Shown here in pieces: positions 20,451 to 28,854 of a stretch of 54,002 nt of DNA. Origin of the DNA: Thiotrichales bacterium (GTDB lineage Bacteria; Pseudomonadota; Gammaproteobacteria; UWMA-0217); contig JANTGD010000001.1 in assembly GCA_024763135.1 (NCBI GenBank), forward strand, positions 1 through 54,002, in the 5' to 3' direction. The first letter of the stretch is position 1, and every line of letters begins with the position of its first letter. Under the pieces are notes generated by a model, which was given only the letters and a program-made list of their open reading frames with translations, did no database searches and was not told the DNA's origin. Both the position numbers and the translations under genes were made by a program.

Positions 20451-21569
20451 CTAAGATGCTTTACGATCCTTATATTGTTGGTCGATCCAGTCCTTATAGC
20501 TGCCATCCATGACAGCACGCCACCACGCTTCATTGTCCAAATACCACTGGAGGGTTTTTTGGATTCCTGTCTCGAACGTTTCAGCTGGTTGATAGCCAAG
20601 TTCTTGCGTGGTTTTAGTGGCGTCGATGGCATAACGCTGGTCATGGCCAGGCCGGTCCTTGACATAAGTAATCAAGCTCCGGGCTTGTGCTCCATTCGCA
20701 GCAGGTGCACTGGGGAATCGCGCTTTGAGCTCGGCATCCTGGGTAAAGTGTCGATCGAGTAAATCACAAATTAAATTGACAATATCAATATTCGTCCATT
20801 CATTATGACCACCAATATTGTAAGTTTCCCCCAATTTTCCCTGCTTGATAATCAAATCGATACCACGAGCGTGATCATCAACATAGAGCCAATCGCGAAT
20901 ATTTTTTCCATCCCCATAAATGGGGAGTGAGCGGCCATGCAAAATATTGATCAGCACAAGGGGAATGAGTTTTTCCGGAAACTGATACGGCCCGTAGTTA
21001 TTCGAACAATTACTGGTCGTCACGTCCAATCCATAGGTATGGTGATAGGCACGCACTAAATGATCCGAAGCGGCTTTGCTCGCGGAATAAGGGGAGTTGG
21101 GAGCGTAGGGCGTGGTTTCTTTAAAGGCCGGATCCTCAGGACCCAGTGAACCATAGACCTCATCAGTCGAAACGTGATGAAAACGGTGGGGCACGCGCCC
21201 CTGCGGACCTTCCAACCACACCTCGCGAGCAGCCTTCAACATGCTGTGTGTACCGATGATATTGGTATCGATAAACGCATCCGGGCCGGAAATGGAACGA
21301 TCCACATGGCTTTCTGCAGCAAAATGCACCACCGTGTCGATAGACTCATCACGCAATAACTGTTCAATCAAAGATTGATCACGAATATCACCATGCACAA
21401 ACTTAAACTGCGGATTTTTTTCTGCTTCGACCAAACTATTGTGATTACCTGCGTAGGTGAGCGCATCCAATCCAAGCACTTTATCTGCTGGATGCTGATC
21501 CAGCCAGTAGTAAACGAAATTGACCCCAATAAAACCGGCCGCACCGGTCACCAATACATTAGACATCAT
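20451..21569 (-). CDS. rmlB: dTDP-glucose 4,6-dehydratase
   Basis: 372 aa. [21 protein letters not shown] and YSASKAASDHLVRAY motifs. Confidence 0.93.
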   Translation of the reverse strand: MMSNVLVTGAAGFIGVNFVYYWLDQHPADKVLGLDALTYAGNHNSLVEAEKNPQFKFVHGDIRDQSLIEQLLRDESIDTVVHFAAESHVDRSISGPDAFIDTNIIGTHSMLKAAREVWLEGPQGRVPHRFHHVSTDEVYGSLGPEDPAFKETTPYAPNSPYSASKAASDHLVRAYHHTYGLDVTTSNCSNNYGPYQFPEKLIPLVLINILHGRSLPIYGDGKNIRDWLYVDDHARGIDLIIKQGKLGETYNIGGHNEWTNIDIVNLICDLLDRHFTQDAELKARFPSAPAANGAQARSLITYVKDRPGHDQRYAIDATKTTQELGYQPAETFETGIQKTLQWYLDNEAWWRAVMDGSYKDWIDQQYKDRKAS

Positions 21570-22428
21570 TCAGCTCCTTTAGCATTTTTTGCAGCGCAAC
21601 ACGCCAGTGATCTCCCTGATAACCCAGTGCTTGCCTCAATGATTGTTTACACAGTACAGAAAAGGCAGGCCGGACTGCTGCCGTAGGATAGTCCGCAGTG
21701 GCGATGGGCTGGACAGTCACCGGTGTCGAGACTAACCCAAGTTCCTGACCTATTTCCCAGATCGCCATCGCAAAGTCGTACCAACTCGCTACCCCGGCAT
21801 CGGACCAATGATAGATACCGGATAGTTCCTGCCTGATCGACTGACAGATCACTTGCGCAAGCCCAGCCGCCCAAGTCGGACTCCCTACCTGATCTTCGAC
21901 GACCCCGATCTGCTCCCGTTCCTGCATCAGGCGCAGCATTGTTTTAACAAAATTATGTCCATGCACGGAATAGACCCAGGCAGTCCTGATGATCAATGCC
22001 TGCTCACCAAGTTCGCCCAATACGAATTGTTCACCTTCCAACTTGGTTTGCCCATAGACGCACTGAGGATGTGCCGGATCTTGTGGGTCATAGGGTCGGT
22101 TCTTCTGGCCATCGAAGATAAAATCGGTAGAAAGGTGCAACAGACGCGCACCCTGCTCGACTGCAGCTCGCGCAATATTTCCTGCACCCAATGCGTTGAT
22201 CGCGTGCGCCGCCTCGGGATGCGCTTCGGCACCATCCACGGCGGTGTACGCTGCAGAATTAACAATCCAGTGCGGCTTGAGCGTCGCTACTGCGTCGTTG
22301 ACTGCCGATGCATCTGTCACATCCAAGGCTTGCCGGGAGTAGGCATGAATCTCGAAATCAGGTGGTGCGCAGCGTTGCAGCTCCCAGCCCACTTGGCCTC
22401 CCGCCCCGGTCAATAGAATACGGGTCAT
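21559..22428 (-). CDS. rmlD: dTDP-4-dehydrorhamnose reductase
   Basis: 289 aa. ILLTGAGGQVGWEL start and RmlD-like length and blocks (STDFIFDG, YGQTKLEGE). Confidence 0.9.
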   Translation of the reverse strand: MTRILLTGAGGQVGWELQRCAPPDFEIHAYSRQALDVTDASAVNDAVATLKPHWIVNSAAYTAVDGAEAHPEAAHAINALGAGNIARAAVEQGARLLHLSTDFIFDGQKNRPYDPQDPAHPQCVYGQTKLEGEQFVLGELGEQALIIRTAWVYSVHGHNFVKTMLRLMQEREQIGVVEDQVGSPTWAAGLAQVICQSIRQELSGIYHWSDAGVASWYDFAMAIWEIGQELGLVSTPVTVQPIATADYPTAAVRPAFSVLCKQSLRQALGYQGDHWRVALQKMLKELNDV

Positions 22429-22437
22429 GAATCGTCC

Positions 22438-23313
22438 TTATTTCAGCAAATCCATTAAGTATCGACCATATCCGCTCTTCTTTAAAGGCTCAGCAATCTT
22501 CATCAATGCGGTATCATCAATAAATCCCTGGCGCCAGGCGATTTCTTCGGGGCAGGCGATCTTTAAGCCCTGACGCTGTTCGATTACGCGTATAAAATGG
22601 CCGGCATCGAGCAGTGAACCCATCGTGCCGGTATCCAGCCACGCCGTGCCACGCGTCAAACGCTCGACCTTCAGATCTCCACGCGCCAGATAGACGTTGT
22701 TTACATCGGTAATTTCCAGCTCCCCTCGATGGGAAGGCTGGATAGATTTGGCGATCTCCACCACATCATTGTCGTAAAAGTACAAGCCCGTCACGGCATA
22801 ATTCGACTTAGGCTGTGCAGGCTTTTCCTCGATACTTGTGGCACGACCGGTGGCATCGAAATCCACCACACCATAACGCTCCGGATCATTCACCCAGTAC
22901 CCAAACACGGTCGCGCCGCGAGTCTGCCCGGCAATCTCCTGAAGGCGTACAGAAAGCTGCTCTGAATAAAAAATATTGTCGCCGAGTATGAGCGTTGCAT
23001 TGTCGGAACCCACAAAGTCTTCCCCGATGATAAACGCCTGGGCCAGGCCATCGGGCGACGGTTGCACGGCGAACTGAATATTGAGGCCCCATTGACTTCC
23101 ATCATCAAGCAATGTCTGAAAAGCGTCCAGATCTCTCGGGGTGGTAATAATCAGTACATCCTGGATCCCCGCCAGCATCAATGTGGATAGCGGGTAGTAG
23201 ATCATGGGCTTATCGTAAACCGGCATCAACTGTTTACTGACCGAGATAGTCAGCGGATGGAGCCGCGTGCCGGAGCCTCCGGCGAGAATGATACCCTTGC
23301 GCTTCTTCGTCAT
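22438..23313 (-). CDS. rmlA: Glucose-1-phosphate thymidylyltransferase
   Basis: 291 aa. [16 protein letters not shown] signature and RmlA-like sequence throughout ([18 protein letters not shown]). Confidence 0.94.
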   Translation of the reverse strand: MTKKRKGIILAGGSGTRLHPLTISVSKQLMPVYDKPMIYYPLSTLMLAGIQDVLIITTPRDLDAFQTLLDDGSQWGLNIQFAVQPSPDGLAQAFIIGEDFVGSDNATLILGDNIFYSEQLSVRLQEIAGQTRGATVFGYWVNDPERYGVVDFDATGRATSIEEKPAQPKSNYAVTGLYFYDNDVVEIAKSIQPSHRGELEITDVNNVYLARGDLKVERLTRGTAWLDTGTMGSLLDAGHFIRVIEQRQGLKIACPEEIAWRQGFIDDTALMKIAEPLKKSGYGRYLMDLLK

Positions 23314-23452
23314 GGTTCTCTCAAGAATGGCTGGTTAAAGTCGCTCCCTGCGTCAAACCTGACACTTTCCATGTGCCCAATCCAATCAGACAGATGTCAA
23401 CTGCTCTGTAACCTATGCAGGGCAAGCTAGCAACTCGTGGGAAATACTATTC

Positions 23453-23884
23453 TCACCAATGCACCCTGCTTTTGCCAGCGACTCGCCGGCCTAAATGCTC
23501 AAACTGTGAAGGGAATATCGGGAACGAGTGGAGCGTTCGATACTGCACCACCATAGATTGGTAAAATACCCATGCCACTTGTAAAGCCAGCAGATCATTC
23601 TTTTCGACAATGTCGGACACAACCCAACGAGCCGGCGGGCTTGTTCCCCAATTCACTCGCCCCGCAAACACGGCGCGTCAACTTGCTCAATTGGCCAGGG
23701 ATGGCTGACCGACATAAGCGCGCGGTGTCCGTGGATGCAGGCGGGCGACCGGGCGCCCTTTCTTTTGGTTCATTTTCTTTGAGCGAGCAAAGAAAATGCA
23801 CTCGCACATGGCAACAACCATTTGAAAAGCATCTTGGCGGTAACGGCGCGAAATCACTCTCCAAGCTGCGCTTATAGCACACAT
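23453..23884 (-). pseudogene. Candidate decayed rmlC (dTDP-4-dehydrorhamnose 3,5-epimerase) relic
   Basis: One minus-strand frame is interrupted by in-frame TGA codons at 23687-23689 and 23678-23680. It reads ..ECIFFARS..KKGRPVARLHPR..RAVFAGRVNWGTSPPARWVVSDIVEKN..QYRT. This echoes RmlC blocks as I recall them (ERGFFFES; KGVLRGLHFQ; VFDVAVD..SPTFGxWVGxxLSxxN; LYKT) with nearly the same spacing. The GFAHGF block is not recognisable. Judged by eye only. Confidence 0.4.
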
Positions 23885-23919
23885 TCAAGTCGGCACTAAG
23901 CAACGGGGCTACGATTCAG

Positions 23920-24087
23920 TTAAGGAAGCTCTGATTAATTCTGGCGCGAGCAGATTGTGGTGAGAAATCGTTCAGTTCGGGGCGCGGATTGCAGGTAATA
24001 GCTGCCTATAGCGAAGATCCGCAACGCAGAAGTGGGCGATTTTGCCCAGCAAGATGCCGAGTAACGAATTGATCAAAGCTTCCTTAA
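23920..24087. mobile_element. Repeat family B, copy B2 (168 bp)
   Basis: The sequence runs TTAAGGAAGCTCTGATTAATTC ... GAATTGATCAAAGCTTCCTTAA. The terminal inverted repeats match at about 19 of 22 positions. About 85% identical by eye to B3. Confidence 0.8.
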
Positions 24088-24183
24088 AGCTCAAACGGGT
24101 ACTTAGATTGACGCCGCTATGAACTGGCCGGGCGTCAGGAAAAAACCACGCTTACACCGCCCTGGGCTGAGTCCAGCGGACTG

Positions 24184-24651
24184 CTAAAAGGGAATATCGT
24201 CATCGAAATCATCGGCAACCGGCTGTGCAGGTGAGCTTTTCTTCTCCGGCACCGGCTCACTCGTACCCGCCGAGGGCGGAGGCGCGTCATAACCCATCTC
24301 CCGTCCACCGCCGCGCGAATCCAACATTTGCATCTCATTGGCAACGATCTCGGTGGTGTAACGATCCTGCCCATCCTGTCCCTGCCACTTACGTGTCCGC
24401 AGGCTTCCTTCTACATATACTTTGGAGCCTTTGCGCAGATACTCACCTGCGATTTCCGCGAGCCGGTTGAAGAACACCACGCGATGCCATTCGGTGCGCT
24501 CCTGATCCTGCCCGGTATTCTTGTCTTTCCACGTTTCCGAGGTGGCAACCGTAATATTGGTGACCGCGCCCCCACTTGGCATGTAACGCGTCTCCGGGTC
24601 TCTGCCAAGATTACCGATTAAAATCACCTTGTTAATGCCTCTCGTGGCCAT
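24184..24651 (-). CDS. ssb: Single-stranded DNA-binding protein
   Basis: 155 aa. N-terminal OB fold ([15 protein letters not shown]), Gly/Pro-rich linker and the acidic tip DDFDDDIPF. Confidence 0.96.
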   Translation of the reverse strand: MATRGINKVILIGNLGRDPETRYMPSGGAVTNITVATSETWKDKNTGQDQERTEWHRVVFFNRLAEIAGEYLRKGSKVYVEGSLRTRKWQGQDGQDRYTTEIVANEMQMLDSRGGGREMGYDAPPPSAGTSEPVPEKKSSPAQPVADDFDDDIPF

Positions 24652-24739
24652 ATTCTCTCAACCTCTCAGTACCAATATGCTGGACGTTTTGTTCTCTCGA
24701 AAAGAGACGTATAGTAGCAGATTTTGTGACCCTCATCCG

Positions 24740-27643
24740 ATGGAAAAGATTATTATTCGCGGCGCCAGAACCCACAATCTGAAGAATATCGATTTGGAGC
24801 TGCCACGCAACAAGCTGATTGTCATCACTGGGCTTTCTGGCTCAGGCAAATCTTCACTGGCATTCGACACCATCTATGCGGAAGGGCAACGTCGTTACGT
24901 CGAGTCGCTTTCGGCCTATGCGCGTCAATTCCTTTCAATGATGGAAAAGCCCGATCTCGATCATATCGAGGGACTGTCTCCCGCCATCTCGATCGAACAA
25001 AAAACAACCTCTCACAATCCTCGCTCAACTGTGGGCACAATCACCGAAATTTACGACTATTTGCGTTTGCTCTTCGCGCGTGCAGGCATCCCACGCTGTC
25101 CGGAACACCACACCAATCTCGAAGCCCAAACCGTCAGCCAAATGGTCGACCAAGTGCTGGCGCTGCCGGAAGGCACCCGGCTCATGTTGCTTGCTCCCAT
25201 TGTGAATGACCGCAAAGGAGAGCATGTGCAGCTGCTGGAACGACTCAAGGCGCAAGGGTTTATCCGGGCACGCATCGACGGTGAGGTCTATGATCTGGAT
25301 GCCCCGCCAAAACTCGACCTGCGCCGCAAACACAGCATCGATGTCGTGGTAGACCGCTTCAAAGTGCGTGATGATCTTCAGCTGCGGCTGGCCGAATCCT
25401 TTGAAACGGCGCTGCAATTGGCGGACGGTATCGCAAAAATCGGCTTTATGGACGATCCCGCTAAGCAAGAACTTGTATTCTCCTCCAGCTTTTCCTGCCC
25501 GTACTGCGGCTACTCATTACCAGAGCTTGAACCACGGATTTTTTCCTTTAACAGCCCAGCCGGCGCCTGTCCGACTTGCGATGGACTTGGGGTCATCCAG
25601 AGATTCGACCCCGAGCGGGTGATTACACACCCCGACAAGTCCCTTTCCGAGGGCGCCATCCGAGGGTGGGACCACCGCAACAGCTACTATTTTCAAATGA
25701 TTCAGTCATTGGCCGAGCACTATGGATTTGACCTGGACAAACCCTTCAAGCGGCTGGCAAAGCGCCATCGAGAAATGATCCTCTATGGCTCAAAAGGTGA
25801 AAGAATCGAGTTTACTTACACCAATGATCGCGGCGCAAGTTATACCCGCAGCCATGCCTTCGAGGGCGTCATTCCAAACATGCAGCGCCGCTTTCGCGAT
25901 ACTGAGTCGGCCGCTGTGCGCGAGGAATTATCCAAATACATGGTCACCACCCGCTGCCCGGACTGTGAAGGCAGTCGGTTGAAGCTGTCTTCCAGAAATG
26001 TCTTCGTCGCGGAACAGTCATTGCCCGCACTGACCGCATTACCCATCAGTGAAGTCTATGCTTTTTTCGACAGCCTCGCATTGCAAGGTCAGCGTGCCAA
26101 GATCGCGGAAAAAATCGTGCGAGAAATCAGCGAGCGTTTGAAGTTTCTCGTCAATGTGGGGCTGCAGTATCTGGCCTTGGATCGGGCCTCCGATACGCTA
26201 TCGGGTGGTGAAGCGCAGCGTATCCGACTGGCAAGCCAGATTGGTGCAGGGCTTGTGGGAGTCATGTATGTGCTAGACGAACCGTCGATTGGCTTGCATC
26301 AACGAGACAACCACCGCTTGCTGGAAACACTCAAACGACTGCGGGATCTCGGCAATACAGTGATCGTCGTTGAACACGACGAGGACGCTATTCGTCACGC
26401 CGATCACGTTGTGGATATTGGACCCGGCGCCGGCGTACATGGTGGGCATATTGTCGCTCAGGGCACGCCCAAACAAATCGAAAGAAATAGTACGTCGCTG
26501 ACCGGCCAGTACCTCTCCAAACGGCGCACTATTGAAATCCCTGCACAACGCTGGGTAGCATCGGACAGTAAGACACTCAAGATTCTGGGCGCCAGCGGCA
26601 ATAACCTCAAATCCGTCGACCTGGAAATTCCAGTCGGCCTGTTCACCTGCATCACTGGCGTCTCTGGCTCCGGTAAATCTACGCTGGTCAACGACACGCT
26701 GCTGCGTGCCGTTGCGCGCCATTTGCACAATGCTGCAGAAGAACCTGCCAGTTATACCGCCATCGAGGGGCTGGATTACTTTGACAAAATCGTTGCCATC
26801 GACCAAAGCCCCATTGGTCGCACACCTCGCTCCAACCCGGCAACCTACACAGGCCTGTTCACCCCGATCAGAGAGCTCTTTGCAGGTACGCCCGAGGCGC
26901 GCTCTCGCGGATATAAACCTGGCCGTTTCAGTTTCAATGTCAAAGGAGGACGCTGTGAAGCCTGCCAGGGCGACGGTGTCATCAAAGTGGAAATGCACTT
27001 TCTACCCGACATCTACGTCCCCTGCGATGTCTGTGGCGGAAAGCGTTACAATCGAGAAACCCTTGATGTGCACTACAAGGGAAAAAACATACATGAAGTA
27101 TTAGAGATGTCCGTGGAAGAGGCACTGCAGTTTTTCGATGCTGTCCCCGTACTGGCAAGAAAGTTGCAGACCTTGATGGACGTTGGCTTGTCTTACATCA
27201 CTCTGGGGCAGGCAGCTACCACGCTCTCCGGTGGTGAAGCCCAGCGCGTGAAACTAGCCCGCGAACTTTCTAAGCGCGAAACCGGGCGTACACTTTATAT
27301 CCTTGATGAGCCAACCACCGGATTACACTTTCACGATGTGGAGCAATTGCTCAGAGTCCTGCATCGTTTGCGCGATGGTGGAAATACCGTCGTGGTCATT
27401 GAGCACAATCTTGATGTGATAAAAACCAGCGACTGGGTCGTTGATCTGGGGCCGGAGGGCGGCTCTGGCGGAGGTGAAATCATTGCCACCGGTACCCCAG
27501 AACACATTGCGCATACGCCGACGTCGCATACAGGACGCTTTCTCAAACCACTGCTGTTTGACGAGGCTCAACCTGGCCCGGCAAAAGCGAAAAAGAAAAG
27601 CACACGCAAACGGCGCAAAACGGCTCGATCAAACTCCGCCTGA
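24740..27643 (+). CDS. uvrA: Excinuclease ABC subunit A
   Basis: Two ABC modules ([14 protein letters not shown] and [11 protein letters not shown]), zinc-finger CxxC pairs and LSGGEAQR signatures. Start assigned to the internal ATG at 24740 ([17 protein letters not shown]) instead of the track start at 24629, which overlaps ssb. Confidence 0.95.
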   Translation: MEKIIIRGARTHNLKNIDLELPRNKLIVITGLSGSGKSSLAFDTIYAEGQRRYVESLSAYARQFLSMMEKPDLDHIEGLSPAISIEQKTTSHNPRSTVGTITEIYDYLRLLFARAGIPRCPEHHTNLEAQTVSQMVDQVLALPEGTRLMLLAPIVNDRKGEHVQLLERLKAQGFIRARIDGEVYDLDAPPKLDLRRKHSIDVVVDRFKVRDDLQLRLAESFETALQLADGIAKIGFMDDPAKQELVFSSSFSCPYCGYSLPELEPRIFSFNSPAGACPTCDGLGVIQRFDPERVITHPDKSLSEGAIRGWDHRNSYYFQMIQSLAEHYGFDLDKPFKRLAKRHREMILYGSKGERIEFTYTNDRGASYTRSHAFEGVIPNMQRRFRDTESAAVREELSKYMVTTRCPDCEGSRLKLSSRNVFVAEQSLPALTALPISEVYAFFDSLALQGQRAKIAEKIVREISERLKFLVNVGLQYLALDRASDTLSGGEAQRIRLASQIGAGLVGVMYVLDEPSIGLHQRDNHRLLETLKRLRDLGNTVIVVEHDEDAIRHADHVVDIGPGAGVHGGHIVAQGTPKQIERNSTSLTGQYLSKRRTIEIPAQRWVASDSKTLKILGASGNNLKSVDLEIPVGLFTCITGVSGSGKSTLVNDTLLRAVARHLHNAAEEPASYTAIEGLDYFDKIVAIDQSPIGRTPRSNPATYTGLFTPIRELFAGTPEARSRGYKPGRFSFNVKGGRCEACQGDGVIKVEMHFLPDIYVPCDVCGGKRYNRETLDVHYKGKNIHEVLEMSVEEALQFFDAVPVLARKLQTLMDVGLSYITLGQAATTLSGGEAQRVKLARELSKRETGRTLYILDEPTTGLHFHDVEQLLRVLHRLRDGGNTVVVIEHNLDVIKTSDWVVDLGPEGGSGGGEIIATGTPEHIAHTPTSHTGRFLKPLLFDEAQPGPAKAKKKSTRKRRKTARSNSA

Positions 27644-28132
27644 ATGCACGATCTCGTAGTAGATCTTTTCCAGCTCAGCCTTATGCTTGGTCTCCTCATT
27701 CGCCAGAAAAGTGAACAAATCCTTGATCGGACCAGGTTCCGCTGATTCTGCCAGACTGGTGTACTGCTGCATCGCAATATGCTCACGCCCCAAAGCGTAT
27801 TGCAATACGGCCTGATCATCTGGATTTTCGCCTAGATCTGGCAGGTGTACCGCATCAGAAAAGCGATGATCAGAGGCCGGCGTTTCAATCGCTTTTTCAA
27901 CCTCTTTTTCGAGCTCAGGATTTTCGGCCAGCGAGCTGAACAAATCATAGTGTTCCTGCTCTTCCTCCGCTAACTCCTCAACCAGATACCGAATCCGCTT
28001 ACTGACTTTGGGCGCTAAGTCGGTATAGAAATCACGCGCAGCACGCTCAAACTCAGTTGCGACTTTGAGGATGTCCTTCAGCGTTTTTTGAGATTTGATT
28101 CTTGCATAACTTTCACTTTCACCTTCACTCAT
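27629..28132 (-). CDS. Ferritin-like / rubrerythrin-family diiron protein without a rubredoxin domain
   Basis: Four-helix pattern with E...ExxH twice ([27 protein letters not shown]). Start placed at MSEGES. The 3' end overlaps the uvrA 3' end by 15 nt, convergently. Confidence 0.65.
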   Translation of the reverse strand: MSEGESESYARIKSQKTLKDILKVATEFERAARDFYTDLAPKVSKRIRYLVEELAEEEQEHYDLFSSLAENPELEKEVEKAIETPASDHRFSDAVHLPDLGENPDDQAVLQYALGREHIAMQQYTSLAESAEPGPIKDLFTFLANEETKHKAELEKIYYEIVHSGGV

Positions 28133-28377
28133 GCGCAATCCTCCAAGCATATACGGCAGACAAAGCGGACCAGACCGGCGCTTTACACAGGGTATTTGGT
28201 AACTATTCAGCGAGCGGGCGAATCATGAAGTAAAACTGCTCATATTGCTTCTGAAATTTGTCCGATCAAGGCGAAAAATGTGAGTTTACAAATGTAAATA
28301 ACCATTTTTAAACGTGGAGCTGGCGCATTTCAGAGGATAGCTGCGTAGTTACGGTATTTTTTTTGGCTACATCCTTA

Positions 28378-28682
28378 ACTAGTACCTCGTCCAGTTTAAG
28401 GAAGCTTCGATTATTTCAGGCGCGAGCAGATTGTGGTGAAAAATCGCCCAGTTCAAGGCGCGGATCGCACGGAATAGCTGGCTATTGCGAAGATCCGCAA
28501 CGAACAAGTGGGCGATTTTGCACCGTAATCTGCCGTGTTACGAATTGATCAAAGCCTCTTAATATGACGGAGTCAGTTGCAGTGCTTGACAAGGACGCTG
28601 CCATTGCCTGCGCACTGCGTATTGATATACGGCATCAACAACAGCCCTGAGCCCGTCTTTTTAAGCTAGACGATGTACTAGT
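28378..28682. repeat. Repeat family A, copy A2: internally deleted and interrupted by a family B element
   Basis: The copy reads ACTAGTACCTCGTCCAGT, then the B element, then TATGACGGAGTCAGTTGCAGTGCTTGACAAGGACGCTGCCATTGCCTGCGCACTGCG...CCCGTCTTTTTAAGCTAGACGATGTACTAGT. The ends and right half match A1 at 4301-4570. Confidence 0.7.
28396..28562. mobile_element. Repeat family B, copy B3 (167 bp), nested inside A2
   Basis: Runs TTAAGGAAGCTTCGATTATTTC ... GAATTGATCAAAGCCTCTTAA. It sits at the position where intact A1 reads AGCTTAAAATGACGG, and TTAA is present on both sides of the insert. Confidence 0.8.
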
Positions 28683-28854
28683 GTAGTGTTTCGACGGATT
28701 ATGGCTAAGCCCTGGCCTGTACGATTCGAAGTATAACCAGAAACTTTATGTTTCTCGGACAACCTCAAATAGTTTCATAAAGATTCGAGTGGATGGCGCG
28801 CCTCAATTTCACGAGAGTTGCATCCGAATCTATTTCGACGAGGTATCAGAAGAT

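Noticed and set aside
23572-23903. ORFs of 101-102 aa (23572-23877 plus strand, 23595-23903 minus strand) upstream of rmlA as real genes
   Set aside because: Their translations are Arg/Pro/Cys-rich and featureless. The region is better explained as the decayed rmlC relic read in another frame.
24652-24739. Possible LexA (SOS) box in the divergent ssb-uvrA intergenic region
   Set aside because: I looked for CTG-N10-CAG. The only near-palindrome (CAGTACCAATATGCTG) has the half-sites in the opposite order, CAG-N10-CTG, so no canonical gammaproteobacterial SOS box can be supported by eye.
25025-26998. Long antisense ORFs inside uvrA (25025-25468, 26273-26998), and similar shadow ORFs inside other genes (for example 5708-6265, 21853-22416, 29901-30654, 31452-31904)
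   Set aside because: They lie entirely opposite well-supported conserved genes in GC-rich DNA and show low-complexity Arg/Ala/Cys-rich translations with no recognisable motifs. They are typical shadow ORFs.
27556-27643. The Lys/Arg-rich C-terminal tail of UvrA ([21 protein letters not shown]), and its 15-nt convergent overlap with the rubrerythrin-like gene, as a functional novelty
   Set aside because: It is a short, low-complexity extension beyond the conserved UvrA core. It may simply reflect a late stop codon. It is noted here but is not strong enough for a finding.
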